Positions 38,135-47,330 of a stretch of DNA of 64,000 nucleotides are shown here, in pieces. The DNA lies in NCBI GenBank assembly GCA_020853235.1, contig JADYZG010000008.1:14498-78497 (forward strand). The letters are read 5' to 3'. The notes under the pieces are model-generated. The model had not been told where the DNA came from and ran no database searches. It worked only from the letters and a program-made list of their open reading frames with translations. The translations under genes and the position numbers were made by a program. The number at the start of each line of letters is the position of its first letter. Positions within the stretch are counted from its first letter, which is position 1. This DNA comes from a bacterium. GTDB taxonomy: Bacteria; Patescibacteriota; Dojkabacteria; GCA-002793355.

Positions 38135-38608
38135 ATGAAGAGACGATCTGTTATTTTGCAGCCGCTCTTTTTGAGCGACGAGAAAATTTTAGAGATAAAG
38201 TGCGAACTTGAATATATCGAAATGACATTACTTCCAGAAATTAGAAAACGACTCAAGGATGCGTACGACGATGGGGATCTACCAGAAAATAATCCGTGGA
38301 TAACAGCGAATAATGATCTCCAAGAAGCTACTAAAAGAAAAAATGAACTACGACAATTACTTGTTCGAACAAAACTTTACCAGAAAGGTGAAGCTGCAAA
38401 GTCAAAGTATAGTTTAGGAAGTACTCTCCACGTTTCAATCAATAGTAGTGCGCCGAAAAGTATCACATTAGTATCAAGTGAAGAAGCAGACCCAACAATC
38501 GGGAAGATTTCAATTGATTCGCCGATTGGGAAAGCAATCAGAAACAGCACTAGCAAAACCTGCGAAATCGAAACACCTGGTGGAAAAATAAGACTTACAC
38601 TGACATAG
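38135..38608 (+). CDS. greA: Transcription elongation factor GreA
   Basis: N-terminal coiled-coil with D..DL.EN acidic tip (DDGDLPENNPW). C-terminal FKBP-like ISIDSPIGKAIRNSTSKTCEIETPGGKIRLTL. Confidence 0.8.
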   Translation: MKRRSVILQPLFLSDEKILEIKCELEYIEMTLLPEIRKRLKDAYDDGDLPENNPWITANNDLQEATKRKNELRQLLVRTKLYQKGEAAKSKYSLGSTLHVSINSSAPKSITLVSSEEADPTIGKISIDSPIGKAIRNSTSKTCEIETPGGKIRLTLT

Positions 38609-39212
38609 AAAGCTTTTGCTTGAGTAAATCTACTACCTGTTTTAGATCATTCTCATTTGTATCGGTAATAGTGATATCTGGTTTATATTGAGCAAGAAAC
38701 GCTTTATGTTCTTCTACTGTTACATAGAAAGCTTCTTCGGTAACCAATTTATCGAAACCCTCTTCGTCTGTTTCATTTCTCTTCTTCAGCCTCTCAAGTA
38801 AAATTTTTACATCCGTATCCACACTTACGGTAAACACTGGAAATTGAATTTTCTCAGCAAATTGCAGAACAGAATTATAAACTCTATCAATTGATGCATC
38901 TAAAATGATTAGATGATTACTCAGTGTTAAAAGGTTTTTCATTGCAAACGCAACATACTGCATTATATCTAAAGGTTCCTTATATTTAAGTTGCTCGGTA
39001 TAAATATATCTAGCTTCGTCGTTGCTGAATCTTATAGCTTTTAGCTCTTCTTCTAGGAATTTTGCCACTCTGCTCTTCCCTGCACACATAGGACCAGCGA
39101 TACATAGTAAGTATTTTGGATTCATCTCGTGAGCGTAAGTTAATCCTTTTTGCTGAATATCATAAATCTGCTTAAAGATATCTGTTTGATTTGAAAGTGT
39201 CCCATTATTCAT
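38595..39212 (-). CDS. P-loop kinase-like protein (AAA_33/zeta-toxin-like fold)
   Basis: Walker A IAGPMCAGKS and Walker B-like LIILDAS, about 205 aa. Converges on and overlaps the greA end by 14 nt. Confidence 0.5.
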   Translation of the reverse strand: MNNGTLSNQTDIFKQIYDIQQKGLTYAHEMNPKYLLCIAGPMCAGKSRVAKFLEEELKAIRFSNDEARYIYTEQLKYKEPLDIMQYVAFAMKNLLTLSNHLIILDASIDRVYNSVLQFAEKIQFPVFTVSVDTDVKILLERLKKRNETDEEGFDKLVTEEAFYVTVEEHKAFLAQYKPDITITDTNENDLKQVVDLLKQKLSMSV

Positions 39213-39242
39213 ATAAAGTATGGTAACTTATAATGAATATCT

Positions 39243-39974
39243 ATGCAAGTAACTCACGAAAAAGAAAATCATACGACCCAAAAACTCAAGAGTTTAGGTA
39301 AAACTCTCAGAGAATCTCATGAAAAAACAGGTTTGAAACCAATACTGATTCTTGATCTGGATGATACTTTATTTATTCAAACAGATGCCGTAAGAAGTGT
39401 TGCGACAAATTCTGTATGGAACGAGATAAGAGTATTAACATCACAAGTAGAATCACGAGAAAATTTCTTAGAATCCGTCGATGAAATTGGATTGCTCAAA
39501 ACAATGCAAAAATATATTTCAAACGAGGCAATACCTACTACTCTTGACCTTGCCTTAAGAAACCCTTTGGTTCTTGCATTCGTTAAAGATCTCCCTTTGC
39601 ACTCAAACATGAAAACCTTGCTAGAGTCGCTGAAAGATCGTTTCTCTCTTGTCCTTCAAACTTCTACCAGCAAAGCTTTATCTGGGCACAAGTTTAGAAT
39701 GCTTGGTATTTCAGAAGACATATTTGATACCGTAGTCATGTTGGAGAAGAATACAAAGACGCCAGAGGATTTTGAACGGAGCTTAGAAAAAGCTGGTTGG
39801 AAAAAAGGCTCAGAGCAACAAATTGTATCAATAGGAAACAGCTTAGAATACGACATATTACCTGCCCTAAATATCGCACACCACACAGTTCTAATAAGTA
39901 ACAATACGAATTTGGCTGCACCAGATAAAACGATACAAATCGGTGAAGCTTCTCAATTAATGAAACTCCTCTAG
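39243..39974 (+). CDS. HAD-like hydrolase
   Basis: DxD motif ILILDLDDTLF and a distal GNSLEYDI motif IV-like block. Confidence 0.55.
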   Translation: MQVTHEKENHTTQKLKSLGKTLRESHEKTGLKPILILDLDDTLFIQTDAVRSVATNSVWNEIRVLTSQVESRENFLESVDEIGLLKTMQKYISNEAIPTTLDLALRNPLVLAFVKDLPLHSNMKTLLESLKDRFSLVLQTSTSKALSGHKFRMLGISEDIFDTVVMLEKNTKTPEDFERSLEKAGWKKGSEQQIVSIGNSLEYDILPALNIAHHTVLISNNTNLAAPDKTIQIGEASQLMKLL

Positions 39975-39975
39975 T

Positions 39976-40674
39976 CTACAACTGCCCTGTACCCTTGTTT
40001 TGCAATTTCTTCAATTCAGAAAGAATTGAGTCGATCTCGCCACCATCTTGATTTTCTGGTTGAGTATTCATTGGTGTTGGCACTGCAGCTACGGGAGCTG
40101 GTTCTGCAACTACTGGTTGTGGTGTAGGTGTACTTTCTGGAGAAACAAATGTTGGCATTGATGATGCTACAGGTGCTTCTACGGTAACTGGTACTGGTTG
40201 AGCAATTGGTCCTGATTGAATTGTAGGCGCAGGTTCAGATTGTTGAGGTAGTTGAGTTGATACCTCTGCATTCTCGTTTTTAACAGTATTAAAAAGACTC
40301 TTTAATTCTTCGACGGCTTGTTTCGCTTTCTTTAATGATTCTGGATCACTTCCCGAGGCAAAATTGTAAGCCGGCTGCACGGGAGCCTCCGTTGGTGTTG
40401 CTTCTACCGATGGTTCTAGTGTTTCAGGAGAAACCTGAAGTTCATTTGTCGTTGTAGTCGCATCGGCGGATGCAGGAGATTTTAGGCCATAGAGAACATC
40501 AAATTTTCTGATCGCATTAGTTAATGCTTCACTGGCTTCTTTATATTGCTCAGTTTTATCTGCCTCGATGTCTGTTGCGTAAACATTCATGTATTTCGAC
40601 ATGTTTGTGAGCATAACATACACGAGTTCTAAAACCGGCGATAACTGAGCAAATTTGTCTTGTGATTGATCCAT
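39976..40674 (-). CDS. Low-complexity P/A/T/E/Q-rich hypothetical protein
   Basis: Helical ends with a central PQQSEPAPTIQSGPIAQPVPVTVEAPVASS... region; no enzymatic motif. Confidence 0.4.
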   Translation of the reverse strand: MDQSQDKFAQLSPVLELVYVMLTNMSKYMNVYATDIEADKTEQYKEASEALTNAIRKFDVLYGLKSPASADATTTTNELQVSPETLEPSVEATPTEAPVQPAYNFASGSDPESLKKAKQAVEELKSLFNTVKNENAEVSTQLPQQSEPAPTIQSGPIAQPVPVTVEAPVASSMPTFVSPESTPTPQPVVAEPAPVAAVPTPMNTQPENQDGGEIDSILSELKKLQNKGTGQL

Positions 40675-40727
40675 GTGACTGGGCAGTCAAGTTAATACTA
40701 CATAATAGCTTGCTTTGCAGGAAAATG

Positions 40728-41873
40728 TCAAACAACAGGAGGACCGTTCTTCTCAAAATCTTTTGCTTTTTCCGAAATCTGCCTTGTATAGTTTTTAATA
40801 AAACTTTGTTTAGAGAATTTTTCTGCCTGATGTTTTAACACTTCACGATTGACCTGAGTTACAAACTTCTCAAACAAGGGCAACTGAGAGGAAATAGAAT
40901 CTGCAGTTTGCTGTTTGAAAAACATCCCTGTATCTGGGGTAACTGTTTCTAAAGCGCCACCACGGCCGAAGGCAAGCACGGGAGTTCCCGCTGCGAGTGC
41001 TTCTATCGGGACAATCCCAAAGTCTTCATGTGCAGCAAAAAGAAAACCATTTGCCTTCTGAAGCAATTCTCTTTTTTGCGTATGAGATAGATATCCGGTA
41101 AATACGATATCCGGACTGTTTTTTGCATAATTTACTAATTTTTTGTATTCTGGACCGTCTCCAACTACCACTAGCTTCTTCTTTTGCGCAATACATGCGT
41201 CAATAAGGATGTCTATTCGCTTATATCTGACTAACCTACTATGGGTAATATAATACTCTTCTTTTCGTACTGGTTCAGTAGGAAGATAAAAATCTGTGTC
41301 GACTGGTGGGTAAACAATATCTGAAGGTCTCCCCCAAAAAGTAGAGATCCGATTGCTCACTTCTCTAGAATTTGCCAGCAAGTAATCCGGTCTCGTCGAG
41401 GCTTGTTTATCCCAGACTCGTTGCCATGCAAGAATACTTCGATATACTTCTCGGATAAGAGGAATTTTATCGTACACATAATGCTCACTCTCCTTCAGCC
41501 AAAGTAACCTCATCGGAGTTTGTATATGCGAAATATGAAGTTGATTATGACTTGTAACAAAACCATGAACATAGGCGTAAGAAAAGGATAATACGATGTC
41601 GAATTCTCCCAATCCTGTCGTATCAACAAGTGATGGGTACAACGGTGTAATTTGTTTGTATAACCTCGAACCTATTCCTTTTCCTAGTAAGGGAACAACT
41701 CTGTTGCTAGAAATTCCCATTTGTCTCAGGACAGCGTCATTGTTAGAAAAAGTCATAATTGACGCATTTGGAAAAATTTCCTTCGCAACGACACTTAAAA
41801 GATATTCAGCACCACCATAAAAATTTAAAAATGGATGAAGTAATAAAACGCGTTGCTCGTGTAAAGGTCGCAT
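40728..41873 (-). CDS. GT-B fold glycosyltransferase (family 4-like)
   Basis: C-terminal E-x7-E region GFLFAAHEDFGIVPIEALAAGTPVLAFGRGGALETV. Start placed at MRPLHEQRVLLLHP (41873). Confidence 0.8.
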   Translation of the reverse strand: MRPLHEQRVLLLHPFLNFYGGAEYLLSVVAKEIFPNASIMTFSNNDAVLRQMGISSNRVVPLLGKGIGSRLYKQITPLYPSLVDTTGLGEFDIVLSFSYAYVHGFVTSHNQLHISHIQTPMRLLWLKESEHYVYDKIPLIREVYRSILAWQRVWDKQASTRPDYLLANSREVSNRISTFWGRPSDIVYPPVDTDFYLPTEPVRKEEYYITHSRLVRYKRIDILIDACIAQKKKLVVVGDGPEYKKLVNYAKNSPDIVFTGYLSHTQKRELLQKANGFLFAAHEDFGIVPIEALAAGTPVLAFGRGGALETVTPDTGMFFKQQTADSISSQLPLFEKFVTQVNREVLKHQAEKFSKQSFIKNYTRQISEKAKDFEKNGPPVV

Positions 41874-41894
41874 CTTGTATAGTACAATACTCGT

Positions 41895-42932
41895 ATGGAT
41901 AATACCACGAAGGATATTAGTAAATTTCAAAAACTCATTGAAGAAAGTAATTCAATCTTGGTAGTTTGCCATACAGGCGCCGACCCAGACGCACTTGGTT
42001 CAACCATCGCACTAAAAAAAATTCTTACTGAGTACTACAATAAACAAAATGTCATTGCACTTGGGGAAAGAATTCCCGCTTCACTTGCGTTTATTCCAGG
42101 ATACAACCAGATTATTAACGGATCTATTTTAGAAATACTAGAAAAAAACGCGATTGATCTTTTAATTTGTCTCGATTTTGGTCAGACACACCTCGCAAGT
42201 AAAACTGACTCACAACAAATTCAAGAATTACTTACAAAGTCTGGAATTCCTATCGTTGTGATAGATCATCACCCTGATGTAGGACAAAGCCTTAACCCAG
42301 ATATCTACCTCAATCTCGATCCAACCTCAACGTCAACCAACTTACACCTCATATTTCACAAAAATCTCAAATACCCAATTCTACCAAGTGTTGCCGATCA
42401 CCTACTTATCGGAATCATCGCAGATACAAATCGATTCAAGTTTAAGTACGGGGCAACCTCTCAGGCATCGATTCTCCGTATTGCTGCAGAACTACTTGAC
42501 CACAGCACGATGAGTATCGAAGAAATCTCTAATACGCTGGAACGCTTTGAACTAGCATCCTTGCAATATCTACCTATATTCATTAAAAATATCACTTTTC
42601 TTGAAGACACCTTCGTTTACACCAGCCTCTCTGAAGAAGAAATAACCGAGTCAGAGCTTGATAAAACAAAACTCGGGAGCGCAGCGTCATATTTTGCCAA
42701 TATTATTCTAACCATGGTTGATAATGCAAAACGAGGTTTTATCATCTACCCACATTTACTTGAAGAAGATACCTACACCGTTCGTTTCAGATCATGTGAT
42801 CCAAACTACCCAGTTGATGAATATGCAATAAAACTAGGAGCTGGTGGACATAAACAATCTGCCGCAGCGAGAGTCAAGGCAAGGAATAAAGAAGAAGCTA
42901 TAGCGCAAGTTTTGAAGGTTATTACTGATTAA
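41895..42932 (+). CDS. nrnA: DHH/DHHA1 phosphoesterase (NrnA-like oligoribonuclease/pAp phosphatase)
   Basis: Motifs VVCHTGADPDALGS, CLDFG, VVIDHHPD (DHH), GIIADTNRFKF, and DHHA1 GGGHKQSAAA. Confidence 0.8.
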   Translation: MDNTTKDISKFQKLIEESNSILVVCHTGADPDALGSTIALKKILTEYYNKQNVIALGERIPASLAFIPGYNQIINGSILEILEKNAIDLLICLDFGQTHLASKTDSQQIQELLTKSGIPIVVIDHHPDVGQSLNPDIYLNLDPTSTSTNLHLIFHKNLKYPILPSVADHLLIGIIADTNRFKFKYGATSQASILRIAAELLDHSTMSIEEISNTLERFELASLQYLPIFIKNITFLEDTFVYTSLSEEEITESELDKTKLGSAASYFANIILTMVDNAKRGFIIYPHLLEEDTYTVRFRSCDPNYPVDEYAIKLGAGGHKQSAAARVKARNKEEAIAQVLKVITD

Positions 42933-42939
42933 TAATCTT

Positions 42940-43011
42940 TGGGCGTACTTGGAATCGGACCAAGGACCACTGCTTTATAAGAACAGCGCTCTACCACTGA
43001 GCTACACGCCC
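42940..43011 (-). tRNA. tRNA-Ile (anticodon UAU) with atypical T-loop
   Basis: The reverse complement folds as gggcgtg-ta-gctc-agtggta-gagc-g-ctgtt-ctTATaa-agcag-tggtc-cttgg-tccgatt-ccaag-tacgccc-a. The T-loop reads TCCGATT (C at position 55). Confidence 0.75.
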
Positions 43012-43059
43012 GAACACTGAATTATACCGCACTCGAAACAATTGAGGAATCTTGCAACG

Positions 43060-45522
43060 TTAAAAAAATCCACCGAACCCAGATTTTTTCTCTGGGACTT
43101 CAACGCCTGGACGTGAAGTTCGTTGACGAATTTCATCGCGGATATAGTTAACATCACGTCCGTAACGAACTCGCGACAATTGCTTAATCAACTCACTAGT
43201 ACGGTCTTGTCTCGGATATCGTTGATCCATATTATAGAAGGTACTCATCGAGAAAGGCGAAGTTGCCACGCCATTTACCAGTGACTTAATATAAACATTT
43301 GCATTCTCGAGACGAATCAAATCCTGTTGTTGGAAAATTGGAGCAAATTCCTTAGAGAGATACTCAGCATCAGTTGCCCCAACACGGAAAGACATGAGAG
43401 TACCCACATTACCGAACACAGCATTTCGCACTTGCTCTGTCATCTGATTTATATACTGGTTTGCAACGATAAGGTTCAAACGATACTTACGTGCTTCAGA
43501 TAGAATTTGGGCGAAATCTTCTGTCGCAAAATTTTGGAACTCATCCACATAAAGATAAAAATCTTTTCTGTCTGATTCATTCATATCTTCACGACTTAGT
43601 GCGGCGCGAAGGATTCGAGGAATAATGAGTAAGCCCAAAAATTGTGCGTTTTGTTCCCCAATTAGCCCCTTGGAAAGATTGATTAAAAGAATCTTTTTAT
43701 TATCCATCACATCTCTAAAATCGAACGAAGATTTACTCTGTCCAACAATGTGTCGTACAAGCAAGTTCGTCGTAAAACGGTCGAATTTTGAGGTCAACCA
43801 CCCGAGAATTTCTGACTTCTCTCGTTGCTCAGTATTCGCCATCTCAACCAACCAGTAGTTTCGTACCTCATCATCATCGACTTTGTCAATAAATGAAAGG
43901 GCAAATTTCTCATCGGTAATAGCTCGCAACACCTCAATAAACGTGCTGTTTGGCTCTGTCATGACCAAAAGCATTGCGTTACGAACGGCTCGCTCGAATC
44001 GCGGACCGACAATTCCTTGGTCATGTGGATCGAACATTTTATGCATCAAGCCAAGAAATCCATTGACAATTTCGTGTCTTTCAAAAACATTACGGTGTTC
44101 TAGGTAATTCATACCAAGTGGACGTTCCGTGTCTGCGGCATTAAAATAAATTACATCTTCTGCTCTTTCAGGAGGAATACGACGCATAATTTCCGCAATT
44201 GCCGAACCGTGTGGATCGAGAAACGCCACCCCGTGACCAGCATAAATATCTTGCATTGCCAGATCTGTTAATGCGTACGATTTACCAGTACCTGTTTGTC
44301 CAACAATGTACATGTGTCGTCTTCTGTCATCATTACTCACGAAGATTTCTTTACGAATACCTTGGTATACCGAGCCTCCAATCCAAGTGCCAGCGTTTGG
44401 TAAATTTGGCGGAGGTGCAGCTTTTTTTGCGTACAACCATTCAATATTTGGTGTTTTTACATTTTTGTTTGGAAAATGGTATAGAGTTGCTAATTCTTCT
44501 GAGTTCAAGATAATACCTCCTTTATCCGCAACCCTTCGATAAACGAAATCATTCATAAAATTACGCAGTCTTCTCCCTTCAATTCGTGTAAACTTTAGCG
44601 AGTTTAAGCCTGGGTTAGTGAACTGTGCAAAGCCACTTGCCAATGTGTTCAAACGTGACATTGCGTAATCTTCAGAAGGGCCAGCCATAACCATTCTAAT
44701 AAAAGTATTAAAACCAACCTTTGAAGTTTTTTTAGTAATTGCATTCAACTTTTCTTGCGCAACAAAAGTCTTTGGCTTACTTTTCCCTTCCTTGTCTGGC
44801 GGAGCCATGTTATTCTCGTTGATTTTCTGAATATATTTTTGCCCACTTTTCGACCATTTCATATCAGCAGGGACGATCATAAGTTGCAGTGCTCCACCTT
44901 CACCGTCAATCATGTTTGCAAATGCTCCTGCAATTGAGGTGAGAGGATCCGATTTATCTTCATAATCAGCATACGTTTTCAATGGTTGGTAATTCACTTC
45001 TGATAGTTCAAATGTACCTGCAACCACGGAACTACCTTCCTTAAAAAAATTTGGCTCTGGGACCTCGATAACTTCTGCATTCTGATACGTACCAAGAATC
45101 AATTTTTCGACTAACTGTCCAAATCGCTTTGGGGTATACACATAAAACCCTATGTGCTCTGGATATGCAATAATTTCGAAGCTAATGCCTTCGTCCGAGT
45201 TGAGTAACTTCTGTAGGAATTTTTTCTTCTTGTATAACCCATACACACTCGAAAACATTTGCTCCGCAGCTTTAATAGGGACCTCGTTATCATACGGACA
45301 ACGAACTATATACATAGCATATGAGAGTGCTTTTTGCTCACGATCTTGATGTCTCACTATTTTTGCGTAATAAAGAAAAATTCCGACGACCAACACTATC
45401 CCGGCAAGAATAATACCACTTATCATAAAGAAAATTGTTTGCTCCTGTGTCGTTGTCTGTCCCGTATAATATGCTGTTGGGGTCGAAAATAACGACAATT
45501 GAGCGAGGATGGCCAGTTCCAT
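43060..45522 (-). CDS. Membrane-anchored T4SS-type P-loop ATPase (VirB4/VirD4/TraG-HerA superfamily)
   Basis: N-terminal TM IILAGIVLVVGIFLYY, Walker A HMYIVGQTGTGKSY, Walker B FYLYVDEFQNF, followed by ARKYRLNLIVANQYINQM (TraD/TraG-type C-terminal block). Confidence 0.7.
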   Translation of the reverse strand: MELAILAQLSLFSTPTAYYTGQTTTQEQTIFFMISGIILAGIVLVVGIFLYYAKIVRHQDREQKALSYAMYIVRCPYDNEVPIKAAEQMFSSVYGLYKKKKFLQKLLNSDEGISFEIIAYPEHIGFYVYTPKRFGQLVEKLILGTYQNAEVIEVPEPNFFKEGSSVVAGTFELSEVNYQPLKTYADYEDKSDPLTSIAGAFANMIDGEGGALQLMIVPADMKWSKSGQKYIQKINENNMAPPDKEGKSKPKTFVAQEKLNAITKKTSKVGFNTFIRMVMAGPSEDYAMSRLNTLASGFAQFTNPGLNSLKFTRIEGRRLRNFMNDFVYRRVADKGGIILNSEELATLYHFPNKNVKTPNIEWLYAKKAAPPPNLPNAGTWIGGSVYQGIRKEIFVSNDDRRRHMYIVGQTGTGKSYALTDLAMQDIYAGHGVAFLDPHGSAIAEIMRRIPPERAEDVIYFNAADTERPLGMNYLEHRNVFERHEIVNGFLGLMHKMFDPHDQGIVGPRFERAVRNAMLLVMTEPNSTFIEVLRAITDEKFALSFIDKVDDDEVRNYWLVEMANTEQREKSEILGWLTSKFDRFTTNLLVRHIVGQSKSSFDFRDVMDNKKILLINLSKGLIGEQNAQFLGLLIIPRILRAALSREDMNESDRKDFYLYVDEFQNFATEDFAQILSEARKYRLNLIVANQYINQMTEQVRNAVFGNVGTLMSFRVGATDAEYLSKEFAPIFQQQDLIRLENANVYIKSLVNGVATSPFSMSTFYNMDQRYPRQDRTSELIKQLSRVRYGRDVNYIRDEIRQRTSRPGVEVPEKKSGFGGFF

Positions 45523-45629
45523 ACACGTTAGTATAACAGAGATTTAGCGATTAAAGAATTGGTAAACTGGCAAAATTACTACAGCAATCCATCTCTTAAA
45601 TAGCTATCCCTGAACTCTTTAACGTCAAT

Positions 45630-46139
45630 TTATGAAATTCCTAATGCACTCCAGAAAGCTTGGAGAATTTTGTACAGGACTGTTGCTTGCCACGTAGATG
45701 CACTTGCAGGATCACCACTCGTCGCAGTTTGCTGAAGTAGCCCTGTTTTTGGATCTGAAATGAGCCCATGCTGAACCGTGTAATACCCCGCAACCTTGCT
45801 AACCAATTGCTGACTAGTAACTCCTCCCCTAAAGGTCGACTGCCCCAACTCTGGATTTACAAAAATTCTTTCACCAGATTTTGTCGTTTCGATAACAAGA
45901 TCAGTTTTCAATTCTGGCATTTGACTTCCAGGTACAGACTCTTGGTTACGCGATTGTTCAGATGGCTCCACCGAAGGCGTCATAACCTCGACTTTTGGAA
46001 CAACGTTGGGTTTATATCTCTCAACTTCCTGAGCTGGTTGAAACTGCTCTGAAGATACAGGAAAGGAAGGAATTTCCGATACTCCGTCTTGTGCAACGTT
46101 CTCGTGTTCGTTAATTGTTGCTCCACCATGTGGGTTCAT
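45630..46139 (-). CDS. Hypothetical protein (169 aa, P/E/Q/S-rich N-half)
   Basis: ORF directly downstream of the ATPase in the same orientation; no motif recognised. Confidence 0.4.
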   Translation of the reverse strand: MNPHGGATINEHENVAQDGVSEIPSFPVSSEQFQPAQEVERYKPNVVPKVEVMTPSVEPSEQSRNQESVPGSQMPELKTDLVIETTKSGERIFVNPELGQSTFRGGVTSQQLVSKVAGYYTVQHGLISDPKTGLLQQTATSGDPASASTWQATVLYKILQAFWSALGIS

Positions 46140-46171
46140 CTATTATTGTAACATTGATTTATTAATTATGT

Positions 46172-46639
46172 TTATCTAACTTCAACGGTCTTCATTAACC
46201 GCTGTACTTTTAGTTTTTCTTCCCTCTCTTTCTTCCTATTCTTTTTGTCGTATTTCTTCAGTGGACGAGCAATTGCGATTTCGACTTTCACTAAGTTCTT
46301 CTCGATTCCAAGCACTACCGGAACGATATGTGCTTTCAATTCTTTTCTTTTAATTGTGATTTCTTGCAATTGCTTCTTCGTTAAAAGAAGCAGTCGATCA
46401 CGATCAGGAATATACCCACTTTTAGTTGATTCATTTGCATGAGTCCATAGTGGAATGTGCGCATTTCTTAAAATCGCATTATGCGGATTGACAAAGACAT
46501 AGGCTCCATCGATTTTACCTTGGCCATTTTTGATTGTTTTCGTCTCCGCGCCAGTCAAAATAATACCCGCGACATACCGTTCAATAATTTCGTTATTAAA
46601 CGTTGCTTTTTTATTTTTCGAAACAATTTTCATAGTCAT
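46172..46639 (-). CDS. smpB: SsrA-binding protein SmpB
   Basis: VSKNKKATFNNEIIERYVAGIILTGAETKTIKNG...LLLLTKKQL...GIEKNLVKVEIAIARPLKKYDKK parallels SmpB throughout. Start at 46639 or 46633. Confidence 0.85.
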   Translation of the reverse strand: MTMKIVSKNKKATFNNEIIERYVAGIILTGAETKTIKNGQGKIDGAYVFVNPHNAILRNAHIPLWTHANESTKSGYIPDRDRLLLLTKKQLQEITIKRKELKAHIVPVVLGIEKNLVKVEIAIARPLKKYDKKNRKKEREEKLKVQRLMKTVEVR

Positions 46640-46682
46640 TGATATTATCGCATATTTTGAATATATGTGGTACAAGTTAAGC

Positions 46683-47330
46683 ATGAATACGCAAGCAACA
46701 AAACGAATAGTTATCTACGGAGACTCTTTTGTCTTTGGGAAGGTTCCAGGCGGTACAAGATTTTCCGCGACAGAAAGGTTTACCGGAGTTACTCAAAATA
46801 TTTTAGGAAATGATTTTGAAATTATCGAAGAGGGAATGCGCGGAAGAACACTTTCCGGTGAAAACGCCTTCTTTCCAGAACGAGATGGGTTAGTACAATT
46901 CGGGCCAATCATTGCCAGCCATTTACCATTTGATCTCTTAATTATCGTACTTGGAACAAATGACCTAAACAGCAAGGGTAATAAAAATGATCAGGATTTT
47001 CGTGAAGGGCTACAGCAATATAGAGAAAAAATTGTATATTGGCAAAAAGCACTTGGAATTCCTTTTGAATATAAGATACTTCTCGTCTCCCCACCAAAAA
47101 TTATTGAAACTGATTCTTACCAAGCATTTGGTGATATTTTTAGAGGTTCGCAATTACGAGTTGATCAGCTTCCTCAAGTTTATGAAGCAGCTGCGAAAGA
47201 ATTTGGGTTTGAATTTTTAGATATTTCCACGATAGTAACATCGGCAACCGAAGATGGAATTCATCTAAATCAAGTCTCGAACAAAGCAGTCGGGGAATTA
47301 CTCGCAGAAAAAATAAAAACTATTTTATAA
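46683..47330 (+). CDS. SGNH/GDSL hydrolase (canonical catalytic blocks)
   Basis: Block I IYGDSFVFG, block II EGMRGRT, block III LGTNDLN, block V EDGIHLN. Start at ATG 46683 (MNTQATKR). Confidence 0.75.
   Translation: MNTQATKRIVIYGDSFVFGKVPGGTRFSATERFTGVTQNILGNDFEIIEEGMRGRTLSGENAFFPERDGLVQFGPIIASHLPFDLLIIVLGTNDLNSKGNKNDQDFREGLQQYREKIVYWQKALGIPFEYKILLVSPPKIIETDSYQAFGDIFRGSQLRVDQLPQVYEAAAKEFGFEFLDISTIVTSATEDGIHLNQVSNKAVGELLAEKIKTIL

Noticed and set aside
46140-46682. Looked for a tmRNA (ssrA) gene beside smpB
   Set aside because: The flanks are only 32 and 43 nt long, and no tRNA-like GGGG...TCCACCA ends are present. ssrA must be elsewhere.
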